From: an uncultured Solirubrobacterales bacterium
GTDB lineage: Bacteria > Actinomycetota > Thermoleophilia > Solirubrobacterales > Solirubrobacteraceae
DNA length: 64,000 nucleotides
Direction of reading: 5' to 3'
Assembly (NCBI GenBank): GCA_963804675.1
Contig: CAWDRI010000001.1
Location: 2,663,842-2,727,841, forward strand
Shown here: one piece after another, positions 1 to 9,411 of the stretch
Numbering within the stretch: the first letter of the stretch is position 1
Layout of the letters: the number at the start of each line of letters is the position of its first letter
Notes under the pieces: model-generated
Database searches by the model: none
The model's input: only the letters and a program-made list of their open reading frames with translations
What the model was told of the DNA's origin: nothing
Program-made: the position numbers and the translations under genes

Positions 1-495
1 CTGCCGCAGGCCAGCAGCGAGATCGCAGAGCTCGCCGAGGGCAGCTCCTTCCAGCCGGTGATCGCCGAGCCGGGGGTGGTGCCCGAGCAGGTCACGCGGC
101 TGGTGCTGTGCACGGGCAAGATCTACTACGACCTCGCCGGCCACCCCGACCGCCAGGGCAACGCGGGCGTGGCGATCGGCCGCGTCGAGTTGCTCTACCC
201 GTTCCCGGAGCAGTCGATCCGCGATCTGATCGCCCGCTACCCGAACCTGCGCGAAGTGATCTGGGTGCAGGAGGAGCCGCGCAACATGGGCGCACGGGCA
301 CACATGTCGCCGCGTTTGATGCAGATCATGCCCGAGCGCATCCACTTCGCCTACATCGGCCGGCCCGAGCGGGCGAGCCCCGGCGAGGGCTACCCGGCGG
401 CGCACATCGCCGAACAGAGCCGCATCGTGCGTACCGCGCTGGACCTCACGATCGGCACGTCGCAATACCCGCGCAAGACGCCGGGGGAGCGGTGA
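1..495 (+). CDS. sucA: 2-oxoglutarate dehydrogenase E1, C-terminal part (5' truncated by window)
   Basis: Frame open from base 1; motifs LVLCTGKIYYDL, RVELLYPFP, WVQEEPRNMGA, YIGRPERASPGEG. Confidence 0.92.
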   Translation: MPQASSEIAELAEGSSFQPVIAEPGVVPEQVTRLVLCTGKIYYDLAGHPDRQGNAGVAIGRVELLYPFPEQSIRDLIARYPNLREVIWVQEEPRNMGARAHMSPRLMQIMPERIHFAYIGRPERASPGEGYPAAHIAEQSRIVRTALDLTIGTSQYPRKTPGER

Positions 496-786
496 ACATC
501 CCGAGCAGACCGCACCCGACCCGGGAAGCGCGCTGAGCCGCGATGCTCTGGCGACGCTTCATCGCGATCCTGCGTCAGCGCCGCCGCAAACGGCGCGGGC
601 GGTTGGGCCGCTAGAGCCCCTGTCCGCGCGCCCGCGGTCGGCCCGCGAGCGCGTCCAAAAGCCGGTCCGCCGACGTTGGCCGGCGAGCCCGCCCATGCAG
701 CCTAGTGTCGTGAGTCAGAATTTCGCGGCCGCCTCGCGGCGTCTGGACACGCCTGGACCCACCCGGCCGGCGAGCCCCCCATGCAG

Positions 787-1584
787 CTAGCGTCCGCGCC
801 AGACCGGCGCGCGCTTCTCCTTGAAGGCGGTGGCACCCTCTTTGGCGTCCTGCGAGGCGAACACGGGGCCGGAGATCGCGCGCTGGCGGTCCCACATCTC
901 GGCGGAGGACCAGTCGGACTGCTCCTGCAGGATGCGCTTGGAGGCGGTCAGCGCGAGCGGGCCGTTGGCCGCGAGCACGGCGGCCAGTTCGAGCGCGACG
1001 TCGACGGCCGCGCCGGGGTCGGCGAGCCGGTTGACGACGCCGAACTGGTGAAAGCGCTCGGCGGGTTGGGGCTCGCCGGTGAGCGCAAGCTCCATCACGA
1101 GGTGGTAGGGCATGCGCCGCGGCAGGCGCAGCAGCGCGCCGCCGGCGGCGACCAGCGAGCGCTTGACCTCGGGGATGCCGAGTCGCGCGCCGCGCGCGGC
1201 GACGAGCAGGTCGCAGGCGAGCGCGACCTCCATGCCGCCGGCGACCGCGAAACCCTCGATCGCGGCGATCAGCGGCTTGCGCGAGGCGCGTTGGGCGATG
1301 CCGGCAAAGCCGCGGTCGCCGAAGTAGGGCGACTCGCCACGCACGAAGGCGCCGAGGTCCATGCCCGCGCAGAAGAAGCCGCCGGCGCCGGTGAGAATTC
1401 CGACGGAGAGGTCCGCGTCGGCGTCGAGTTCATCGAGCGCCTGCGCGATCCCCTGCGCGACGGCGGCATTCACCGCGTTGCGAACCTCGGGCCGATCGAT
1501 CGTGATCAACAACACGTCGTCGCGGCGCTCGGTCGTGACGGCGGCGGCGCTCCTGGCGACTGCGGGGCTCTCGTCTGCGCTCAC
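787..1584 (-). CDS. Enoyl-CoA hydratase/crotonase family protein
   Basis: IDRPEVRNAVN, FCAGMDL, KPLIAAIEGFAVAGGMEVALACDL, LGIPEVKR; GTG start at 1584 chosen to avoid overlap with nucS. Confidence 0.92.
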   Translation of the reverse strand: MSADESPAVARSAAAVTTERRDDVLLITIDRPEVRNAVNAAVAQGIAQALDELDADADLSVGILTGAGGFFCAGMDLGAFVRGESPYFGDRGFAGIAQRASRKPLIAAIEGFAVAGGMEVALACDLLVAARGARLGIPEVKRSLVAAGGALLRLPRRMPYHLVMELALTGEPQPAERFHQFGVVNRLADPGAAVDVALELAAVLAANGPLALTASKRILQEQSDWSSAEMWDRQRAISGPVFASQDAKEGATAFKEKRAPVWRGR

Positions 1585-1595
1585 GACAGGGAATC

Positions 1596-2288
1596 CTACG
1601 CCGCAAACAGCGTCAGCTCGGGCTCGCGTTCGCCGCGCAGCACGTGCAGGTCCACCTCGACGCAGTCGATCCCACGCGCGCCGGCCAGCACGCGCGCCTG
1701 GGGCTTGATGTGCTGGGCGGCGAGCACACCGCGGCAGTCGCGCAGCGCGGGGTCGGTGCGGATACGCTCCAGGTAGCGGGTGAGCTGCTCGACGGAGTCG
1801 ATCGTGCCGATGCGCTTGATCTCGACGGCGACCCAGCCATCGTCGGGGTCGCGGCACATCAGGTTGACGGGGCCGATGTCGGTGGGCCACTCGCGGCGCA
1901 CGAGCCGAAAGCCCTCGCCACAGATCGCCGGTGCGTCGGCCAGCAGCTCCTGCAGTTCGCGCTCGCGACCCTCCTTCTCCAGTGAGACCAGCGTGTCCAG
2001 TTCGTGCTCGATGTCGGCGATCACCTCGCGCACCGCGATCTCCAGGCGCTCCTCCTGGCGGCGCTTGCGCGCGACCAGGCCGACGAGGTCCCCGGCCACG
2101 TCGTGCTCCTCTTCGAGCACGACCGGCGGCGTCATCCAGTTGAGCGGTTTGACGTTGGGGCCGCCGCCGTCGGCCCAGACCATGAAGGTGCCGTCGGCCT
2201 TGTGCATGAGCAGCCGCACGGCCTCGGGCAGGACGGTGGTCACGCGACCGATGTAGGAGACCTCACAGCGGGCCACGATCAGGCGCAT
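1596..2288 (-). CDS. nucS: Mismatch-specific endonuclease NucS/EndoMS
   Basis: MRLIVARCEVSYIGR, HKADG, KPLNWMTPP, VRREWPTDIGPV, VAVEIKR, VEQLTRYLE, AQHIKPQARVLA. Confidence 0.93.
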   Translation of the reverse strand: MRLIVARCEVSYIGRVTTVLPEAVRLLMHKADGTFMVWADGGGPNVKPLNWMTPPVVLEEEHDVAGDLVGLVARKRRQEERLEIAVREVIADIEHELDTLVSLEKEGRERELQELLADAPAICGEGFRLVRREWPTDIGPVNLMCRDPDDGWVAVEIKRIGTIDSVEQLTRYLERIRTDPALRDCRGVLAAQHIKPQARVLAGARGIDCVEVDLHVLRGEREPELTLFAA

Positions 2289-2481
2289 CCGGGGAACCTA
2301 CCGGCTGCGTCGGATCGCTCATCTGCTCGTGGTCGTGCTCGTGTTCACCGGCGAGCGCCTCGCGAAACTCCCGCATCCCCTTGCCGGCAGCGCGCGCGAG
2401 CTCGGGCAGGCGTTTGGGACCGAACACGATCAGCGCGACGGCGGCGAGGAAGATGATGTGAACGGGGTTCTCGATGCCCAT
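2263..2481 (-). CDS. tatA: Twin-arginine translocase TatA/E subunit
   Basis: Single TM helix followed by FGPKRLPELARAAGKGMREFR. Confidence 0.88.
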   Translation of the reverse strand: MGIENPVHIIFLAAVALIVFGPKRLPELARAAGKGMREFREALAGEHEHDHEQMSDPTQPVGSPDAPDRGPL

Positions 2482-2616
2482 GACGACGATGCGGATCCTG
2501 CGGATGGAGTCTGGCGGCTGGGAAACCGGCCGGAATTCGGCCCGAATCGGCCCTGTCCCAGGCTAGCGCGATCGCGAGCGCGCGAAGCCGGCCGATCCGC
2601 GGTTTAGGCTGCGCCG

Positions 2617-3333
2617 GTGGCCCAAGAGCCGACCGCCGCCGCCGCTGGTACTGGTGCTGTCACCGCCGCTATATCCCCCGGGCGCCCCTACCCGCCGCCG
2701 CCCGCAGCCGAGCCGTTTTGGCCCGCGCAGGCGACGATTCTGGCGGCGATCGCGCTGCAGCTGGCGCTGCCCGAACGGCTGACGGCGGGCCCGCGGTTGC
2801 TGGTGCCGGGGTTGGAGGCGGCGCTGCTGCTGGGGATGTTCATCGCGACGCCCAACCAGCTCGAGCACGAGCACCCGCGCCGCAGGCGAGTGGCGCTTGG
2901 GCTGACGGCGTTCGTGACCACGGCGAACATTTACTCGTTGGGCGCGTTGACGCACTTCCTGTTGCACCACAACGTCACGCAGGGCCGCGAGCTGATCACG
3001 TCGGGGGTGCTGATCTGGCTGACGAACTTTCTGATCTTCGCGCTGTGGTACTGGGAGATCGACCGCGGCGGGCCGGGCCGGCGCGCCGCGGGCCACGACC
3101 GGGCGCCGGACTTCCTGTTCCCGCAGATGGCGGACGACCGAATCGAGCCGCGCAATTGGCGCCCGCGGTTCATCGACTACCTGTACGTCTCGATGACCAA
3201 CGCGACCGCGTTCTCGCCCACAGACACGATGCCGCTGACGGCAACGGCCAAGAGCATTATGGGACTGCAGGCGCTCGTGTCGCTGGTCACGATCGGGCTG
3301 ATCGTCTCGCGTGCGGTGAACATTCTGGCGTGA
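2617..3333 (+). CDS. Integral membrane protein (DUF1345-like)
   Basis: Several TM segments; PDFLFPQM, PRFIDYLYVSMTNATAFSPTDTMPLT. Confidence 0.75.
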   Translation: MAQEPTAAAAGTGAVTAAISPGRPYPPPPAAEPFWPAQATILAAIALQLALPERLTAGPRLLVPGLEAALLLGMFIATPNQLEHEHPRRRRVALGLTAFVTTANIYSLGALTHFLLHHNVTQGRELITSGVLIWLTNFLIFALWYWEIDRGGPGRRAAGHDRAPDFLFPQMADDRIEPRNWRPRFIDYLYVSMTNATAFSPTDTMPLTATAKSIMGLQALVSLVTIGLIVSRAVNILA

Positions 3334-3376
3334 GCCCAACTTTGGAACGCTGCAATCACCGCTCGCCCGGTCCGCG

Positions 3377-5683
3377 ATGAGCGCGTTCGCGACGCTGTTC
3401 GACCATGACTTCGAGCTGCTCGTCGCGGACCTGCTGGGTGCGCGGGAGCGATGCGAGTACGAGGCGTTCGCGCGCGGCCGGGATCTCGGCATCGACCTGC
3501 GCCGCCGCGACCGGCACGGCGCGCTGGAGGTGGTGCAGGTCAAGCACTTCGAGCGCTCGCGCTTTGCTGATCTCGCCAGGGCGGCCAGGGAGGAGCGGGT
3601 CAAGCTCGAGCAGCTCGATCCGCAGCCCGACCGATATCGCTTTGCGACCTCGATGGCGCTCACGGTCGAACAGAAGGACAAGCTCGTGGCGATCCTCGAC
3701 CCCTATGTGAAGGAGACCGCCAACGTCCTCGGCGAAACAGAGCTCGAGCTGCTGCTGCGCCAGCACCCCGAGGTGGAACGTCGGCATCCAAAGCTCTGGC
3801 TGCGCGGATCGGGCCAGCTGCTCGACATGGTCCATGCCGACGTGCGCAGCCGCTCACGGTCGCTGCTGGCGAGGATCGAGCGCCAGCTGCCGGTCTACGT
3901 CCGTCATCGTGGCTTCGATGACGCCCGGCGGCGTCTGCACGAGCAGCGCGTGCTGGTGGTCGCGGGCCCTCCGGGAGTCGGCAAGACGACGCTCGCCGAG
4001 ATGCTGGTCCTCGACGCGCTGCGCTCGCGCGAGTACGACGAGCCGATCGCGGTTTCACGCAACGTCGAGGAGGCCTGGAGGGTCCTCGATCCCGAACGCC
4101 GCCAGATCATCCTCTATGACGACTTCCTCGGACGGGCTGCCCTCCAGCGGCTGGACAAGAACGAGGGGGGATCGCTGGTCGAGCTGATGTGCACGGTGAA
4201 CGAGGCTCCGCACACCCTGTTCCTGTTGACCACACGGGAGTACATCCTCCGCGAAGCCGAGCAGCTCGACCAGGAACTCCATCGCCTGGTCGCACACCGC
4301 ATGCTGTTGGAGCTGCGCGACTACGACCTCCTGGACAGAGCCGAGATCTTCGTCAGTCATGCGCGCCACGCGGGACTCCTGCCGGCGCGTGCGCGGGAAG
4401 CGCTGCTCAACAGCGACTCCTACATGCGGATCCTCACGCATCCCAACTACACCCCGCGAACCATCTCCTACATCACGGGCTCCGCAGGGCCGGCGTTGGA
4501 CGCGGAGGAATCGGAGGACTACGTGGCCTTTGCGCTGGCGACGCTGGAGGACCCCGCGCGACTGTGGAGCCGGGTCTTCAGGAGCGAGCTGGGGGTCAAC
4601 GAGCGGGCGCTCCTGCTGGCCCTCGCCTGTAGCCCGGGCGCGATGAGGGAGGCCGAGCTGCTCGATGTCTACGGTCGTGTCGCCGAGCACACCGGCGCGG
4701 AGGGCGGCGCGGAGGTCTTTCACCAAGCGCTGCGCACGCTGGACGGCAGCATGGTCGAAACCTCCACGTGGACCGATCTCTCCAACCCCTCCGCGCCGTT
4801 CGTCTCGATCGCCTTTCGCGACGGCGCCTTGGTCGACTATCTCCTGGAACACATTACGAAGACCCCGCAAAGCGCAATCGCGTGCCTGCATGCGGCGCCC
4901 ACCTTCGGAGCGGTCGACCAACTGCTCGCCGAGACGGGGCTCACGCAGCTTCCCGGTGTGAGCGCGAGCATCGCTGAGGCAGTCGAACGGACATATCCCC
5001 TCACAACAGCAGGGATGCCGAGCGGCGCGCTACCCCACCCTGCGTCGCGGCTCGCCAGCTATCGCACCCCCTACGACCCGGCGCGTCGGCTGCTGCGGGT
5101 TCGCGAAGCGATGCAGGACAACGAGGAGCTTGCGGGGCTGCTGGGCGAGTGGTGGCAGGAGCGACTGAGCGAACTCGTCGCGCAACTCGATGACGGCGAC
5201 TACAGCCCGTGGGGGATGCCGCTGGAGTTGGTGAGCACCGCCCGCAAAGACCTCGAGCGAATTCCCGGCGCCCGCGATGCGCTCAAGCGCGCCTTCACGC
5301 AGGACCAGAGCCCCTCGGGTTGGCTGCACCTGACGAACTTCCACGCGCTATGGCCCAAGGCCTTCACACGCCGCGAATGGCAGCAGGTCCGTGAGGACTT
5401 CACCGCCTGGCTGGCTGCCGGCCCGCCGCAGGGTGAGGAGGTGACGTTGGCCGTGACCGCAGCCGAGCGCCTCGGGGTTCTGCCGCCGGAGTCGCTGCTG
5501 GCACGAGCGCGTACATTCGATGATGACTGGAAACGGAGAGTCGAGCTGCAATTCGCCTCCTACGAGCCGCGGCCCGCGAATCGGCAGCAGCTGCAGGCAC
5601 GCGAGCTGTTCGCCGGATTGGCGCGCAACCAGGGCGAGCGCGGGGAGGACCAGCCCGCTGGGTCCTCGCCCGCTGACTCCTGA
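3377..5683 (+). CDS. Mrr-like restriction endonuclease fused to STAND (nSTAND3-like) P-loop NTPase; putative defence protein
   Basis: N-terminal DFELLVADLL..GRDLGIDL..VVQVKH; Walker A GPPGVGKTT; Walker B IILYDDFLG; LLTTREYIL; HPNYTPRTI. Confidence 0.78.
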   Translation: MSAFATLFDHDFELLVADLLGARERCEYEAFARGRDLGIDLRRRDRHGALEVVQVKHFERSRFADLARAAREERVKLEQLDPQPDRYRFATSMALTVEQKDKLVAILDPYVKETANVLGETELELLLRQHPEVERRHPKLWLRGSGQLLDMVHADVRSRSRSLLARIERQLPVYVRHRGFDDARRRLHEQRVLVVAGPPGVGKTTLAEMLVLDALRSREYDEPIAVSRNVEEAWRVLDPERRQIILYDDFLGRAALQRLDKNEGGSLVELMCTVNEAPHTLFLLTTREYILREAEQLDQELHRLVAHRMLLELRDYDLLDRAEIFVSHARHAGLLPARAREALLNSDSYMRILTHPNYTPRTISYITGSAGPALDAEESEDYVAFALATLEDPARLWSRVFRSELGVNERALLLALACSPGAMREAELLDVYGRVAEHTGAEGGAEVFHQALRTLDGSMVETSTWTDLSNPSAPFVSIAFRDGALVDYLLEHITKTPQSAIACLHAAPTFGAVDQLLAETGLTQLPGVSASIAEAVERTYPLTTAGMPSGALPHPASRLASYRTPYDPARRLLRVREAMQDNEELAGLLGEWWQERLSELVAQLDDGDYSPWGMPLELVSTARKDLERIPGARDALKRAFTQDQSPSGWLHLTNFHALWPKAFTRREWQQVREDFTAWLAAGPPQGEEVTLAVTAAERLGVLPPESLLARARTFDDDWKRRVELQFASYEPRPANRQQLQARELFAGLARNQGERGEDQPAGSSPADS

Positions 5684-5725
5684 GTCCGTGAGAGGCCCGG
5701 CTCGCGGCAGCGCGCGCCGCGAGCG

Positions 5726-6799
5726 TCACGCCCTCGCGCCCGACAGCTGCGGCTCCATCGCGAGCGCCTGGGCCATGAGGTCCTCGACCTCGCCGTTCGC
5801 GCCGAGACTGCGGGCGCGGTCGAACGCTTTCAGCGCGCCCTCGCGGTCGGCGAGCGCCAGCCGCAGGCGTCCCAAACGCTCCCACGCGCCGGCGTCGGAG
5901 GGCCCGCGCTCGGCGGCCCGCTCGGCGGCTTCGGCGGCGAGGTCGACGGCGCCGATGTCTTCGTAGATGCGCGCGGCGAAGCGGTGCGGGGCGGGACGCT
6001 CGCGGTCGACACGCGCCCAGTCGCGCACCGAGCGCGCCGCGGCGTCCAGGTCGCCGGCCTGCCAGAAGGCGAGCGTCATCAGGCGCAGCACGCCGACATT
6101 GCGCGGTTCGGCGTCGCGTGCGTAAACCAGCCGTTGGGCCGCGAGCGGGTAGTCGCCTTCGGCCATCGCGCGTTGGGCGGCGACCATGAAGCGCTCGACG
6201 CGCTCGTCGGCCGGGTCGGGCTTGGAGAAGTCGACGAAGCGCATCGAGCCGGCCGGCACGGTGCGGATGCCGTGGCTGAACTTCACCCGCGCCCACTGCT
6301 GGCCGACGCCCAAACCGTCGTCATCGTCGCCGTGGCCGCCGCCACCGGTGAAGTAGATGCCGGCGACGGTGCCGACGCCCCACTCGGGGTAGGACATGCA
6401 GCGCGCGTAACGGTGCACGACCGAGTGGTCGGGCACGCGCGCGCCGAACGGGTCGTGCTCGGCGCGGTCTTTGGCGGCGGCGCGCGCGCGCTCCTCGGCT
6501 TCGTAGGCGCGCCGCCCGGCCTCCTCGCGCGCACGCCGCGCGGCGGCGGCGCTGACGCGCACGGCGGTGGCCGACACGCGCCCGCCGCGCGAGCCCTCGG
6601 CGAGCCGCTCGAGCTGGTCGGCGGCCTCGTTGATCGCCTTCAGGTGGTGCTCGTGCTCGAACTGGCGTCCGGGTGGCGCGAGGTCGGGGTGCCAGCGCTT
6701 GGCCATGCGCCGGCGCGCGAGCTGCACGGCTCGCTTGTCAAAGGGCGCCTCCAGCTCCAGCAGGAGTAGCTGCTGCTCGACGTCCAGGACCGTGGGCAT
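5726..6799 (-). CDS. J-domain protein with C-terminal TPR repeats
   Basis: ATG at 6799 (MPTVLD); RRMAKRWHPD..LKAINEAAD J-domain; TPR helices such as AWERLGRLRLALADREGALKAFDRA. Confidence 0.8.
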   Translation of the reverse strand: MPTVLDVEQQLLLLELEAPFDKRAVQLARRRMAKRWHPDLAPPGRQFEHEHHLKAINEAADQLERLAEGSRGGRVSATAVRVSAAAARRAREEAGRRAYEAEERARAAAKDRAEHDPFGARVPDHSVVHRYARCMSYPEWGVGTVAGIYFTGGGGHGDDDDGLGVGQQWARVKFSHGIRTVPAGSMRFVDFSKPDPADERVERFMVAAQRAMAEGDYPLAAQRLVYARDAEPRNVGVLRLMTLAFWQAGDLDAAARSVRDWARVDRERPAPHRFAARIYEDIGAVDLAAEAAERAAERGPSDAGAWERLGRLRLALADREGALKAFDRARSLGANGEVEDLMAQALAMEPQLSGARA

Positions 6800-6983
6800 G
6801 ACCAACAAACGGTAGCGCGCGAGCCAAGCTTGATCGGCGGGCGGCACGTGCCGTGCCGAGCGAGCGCGCGCGGGACGCGGCGACGCACCCCACGCGGGAC
6901 GGCGAAGCCGTCCAATCTGCCTCCCAGACACGCCAGCGCGCGGATGTGCCGTCGGCTGGGGGCGCCCTCTATGCTGGCGGGCG

Positions 6984-8639
6984 ATGTCCGCGCAGTACAT
7001 CTTCACGATGCACCGCCTCTCCCGCGTGCACCCGCCGGACAAGACGGTCCTGTCCGAGGTCACGCTGGCGTTCTACCCGGGCGCGAAGATCGGCGTGCTC
7101 GGCTACAACGGCGCGGGCAAGTCGACGCTGCTGCGGATCATGGCCGGGCGCGACGAGGAGTACCGCGGGCAGGCGGCGCTCGCGCCGGGGGCGAGTGTGG
7201 GGATGCTCGAGCAGGAGCCCGCGCTCGACGAGTCCAAGGACGTGCTCGGCAACGTGCAGGAGGGGGTCGCCGAGACCAAGACGCTGCTGGACCGCTTCAA
7301 CGAGCTCGCCGCCAACTACTCAGAGGACACCGCCGAGGAGTTCGGGCGCATCCAGGCGCAGATCGAAGCGGCCGACGCGTGGAACCTCGACACGCAGCTG
7401 GAGTACGCGATGGACGCGCTGCGCCTGCCCCCGCCGGACGCGCTGCTCGCCACGCTCTCCGGCGGCGAGCGCCGGCGGGTGGCGCTCTGCCGGCTGTTGC
7501 TGCGTGCGCCCGACCTGCTGCTGCTCGACGAGCCCACCAACCATCTGGACGCCGAGTCGGTGGCGTGGCTGGAGCGTCATCTGGCCGAGTACAAGGGCAC
7601 GATCGTCGCGGTCACCCACGACCGCTACTTCCTGGACAACGTCGCCGGTTGGATCCTCGAGCTCGACCGCGGGCGGGGCATCCCCTACCAGGGCAACTAC
7701 TCGAGCTGGCTCGAGCAAAAGCAGGCGCGCCTCGCACAGGAGGAGCGCACCGAGAAGGGCCGCCAGCGCACGATCGCCGCCGAGCTCGAGTGGGTGCGCA
7801 CGAACCCGAAGGGCAGGCGCACCAAGTCAAAGGCGCGGTTGGCGCGCTACGAGGAGCTGGTCGCCCAGGAGCGCAACGTCAAGCTCGAGGACGTGCAGAT
7901 CCATATCCCGCCCGGGCCGCGCCTGGGCTCGCAGGTGCTCACGGCCGAGCACCTGCGCAAGGGCTTCGGCGAACGGCTGCTGATCGACGACCTCTCCTTC
8001 GACCTGCCGCGCGCGGGGATCGTCGGCGTGATCGGCGCCAACGGCGCCGGCAAGACGACGCTGTTTGGGATGATCACCGGCGACGAGCAGCCCGACGGGG
8101 GTACGCTGGAACTGGGCGAGAGCGTGCAGCTTGCCTACGTGGACCAGTCGCGCGACGCGCTCGACCCCGCCAAGACGGTGTGGGAGGAGATCTCCGAGGG
8201 ACTCGACCTGCTGCCGGTCGGCGAGCGCGTGGTCAACTCGCGCCAGTACGTCGCGGGCTTCAACTTCAAGGGCTCAGACCAGCAGGCGCGCATCGGCAAT
8301 TTGTCAGGCGGCGAGCGCAACCGCGTGCATCTCGCCAAGCTGCTGCGCACCGGCGGCAACCTGCTGCTGCTCGACGAGCCCACCAACGATCTGGACGTCA
8401 ACACGTTGCGCGCGCTGGAGGAGGCGCTGCTGGACTTCCCGGGCTGCGCGGTGATCATCTCGCACGACCGCTGGTTTTTGGACCGTGTCGCCACGCACGT
8501 GCTCGCCTTCGAGGGCGACTCGCAGGTGGAGTGGTTCGAGGGCAATTTCGAGGCGTACGAGGAGCATCGCCACGAGCGGCTCGGAGCAGCCGCGGACCGG
8601 CCGCACCGGATCACGTACAAGCGGCTCGTGCGGGGCTGA
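6984..8639 (+). CDS. ettA: Energy-dependent translational throttle protein EttA (ABC-F)
   Basis: [25 protein letters not shown]; two ABC domains with LSGGE and LLLDEPTN; ELEWVR linker; PHRITYKRL end. Confidence 0.95.
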   Translation: MSAQYIFTMHRLSRVHPPDKTVLSEVTLAFYPGAKIGVLGYNGAGKSTLLRIMAGRDEEYRGQAALAPGASVGMLEQEPALDESKDVLGNVQEGVAETKTLLDRFNELAANYSEDTAEEFGRIQAQIEAADAWNLDTQLEYAMDALRLPPPDALLATLSGGERRRVALCRLLLRAPDLLLLDEPTNHLDAESVAWLERHLAEYKGTIVAVTHDRYFLDNVAGWILELDRGRGIPYQGNYSSWLEQKQARLAQEERTEKGRQRTIAAELEWVRTNPKGRRTKSKARLARYEELVAQERNVKLEDVQIHIPPGPRLGSQVLTAEHLRKGFGERLLIDDLSFDLPRAGIVGVIGANGAGKTTLFGMITGDEQPDGGTLELGESVQLAYVDQSRDALDPAKTVWEEISEGLDLLPVGERVVNSRQYVAGFNFKGSDQQARIGNLSGGERNRVHLAKLLRTGGNLLLLDEPTNDLDVNTLRALEEALLDFPGCAVIISHDRWFLDRVATHVLAFEGDSQVEWFEGNFEAYEEHRHERLGAAADRPHRITYKRLVRG

Positions 8640-8670
8640 GCGCTCAGCGCCTCGCCCCCTCCCCCACGAT

Positions 8671-8700
8671 GCTGTATACTGCGCTGTATATGCCTACAGC
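8671..8700 (+). promoter_or_regulatory. Putative -10 box and autoregulatory operator of the vapBC pair
   Basis: GCTGTATA twice (8671-8678, 8683-8690) plus inverted TACAGC (8695-8700); TATACT at 8675-8680 just before ATG 8690. Confidence 0.5.
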
Positions 8701-8968
8701 AACCCGTACCCAGGTCTATCTCACGCAGGAGCAGCGCGAACGGATCGAGGAAATGCGCGCCGCCGACGGGCGCACGCTCGCCCAGGTGATCCGTGCGGCG
8801 CTCGACGAGTACTTCCTCACGCACGGCCACCAGGCCGAAGAAAGGGAGCACGCCGAGACGCAGCGTGTGCTCGACGAAACGTTCGGCATCGCCCCCGATT
8901 TCGAGGTACCTCCGCGCGAGGAGTGGAACCGCTTCGACCTCGACTGGAATCGCATTGAACGCGACTGA
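8690..8968 (+). CDS. Ribbon-helix-helix (CopG/VapB-like) antitoxin
   Basis: MPTATRTQVYLTQEQRERIE..GRTLAQVIRAALDEYF; overlaps downstream PIN gene. Confidence 0.82.
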   Translation: MPTATRTQVYLTQEQRERIEEMRAADGRTLAQVIRAALDEYFLTHGHQAEEREHAETQRVLDETFGIAPDFEVPPREEWNRFDLDWNRIERD

Positions 8969-9407
8969 GCGGGGGCGCCGACGAACGAGTGGCGTTCTGC
9001 TCGACACCGACGTTCTGATCGATCACATACGCGGGCACCGGCGCCTTGAAGTTCACGGTGCGTCGGTCTCGGTCGTAACGCGCGCCGAGCTGTTCGCTGG
9101 TCACGAGCGCGAGGAGCCGGCGGTCGAAGCCCTTCTCGGGCGGCTCTCGGAGATCGACGTCACCCGTGACATCGCGCGTCGGGCGGGACGTATTCGCCGC
9201 TCCACCGGTCTCGATATTCCAGACGCCATCATCGCCGCGACGGCGCTGAAGCTCGAGATGAGCGTCATGACCCGCAACCGGCGTCACTTCGAGCGAGTCA
9301 CGGGTCTCACTCTCCACGATCCACAGGACCATCCCGAGCCGTCCGCCAACGTCGCGTCGCCCAGCCAGCGCGAGCCACGCGCCAACGCCGAACAGCCCGC
9401 GAGCTGA
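8955..9407 (+). CDS. vapC: PIN-domain VapC-family toxin
   Basis: LLDTDVLID, SVVTRAELFAG, DIPDAIIAATA, MTRNRRHF; TTG start at 8955 inferred. Confidence 0.85.
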   Translation: MNATERGRRRTSGVLLDTDVLIDHIRGHRRLEVHGASVSVVTRAELFAGHEREEPAVEALLGRLSEIDVTRDIARRAGRIRRSTGLDIPDAIIAATALKLEMSVMTRNRRHFERVTGLTLHDPQDHPEPSANVASPSQREPRANAEQPAS

Positions 9408-9411
9408 GCCG

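Noticed and set aside
6830-8968. 712-aa ORF overlapping ettA
   Set aside because: Shadow frame; only the last 92 codons (RHH antitoxin) look like protein
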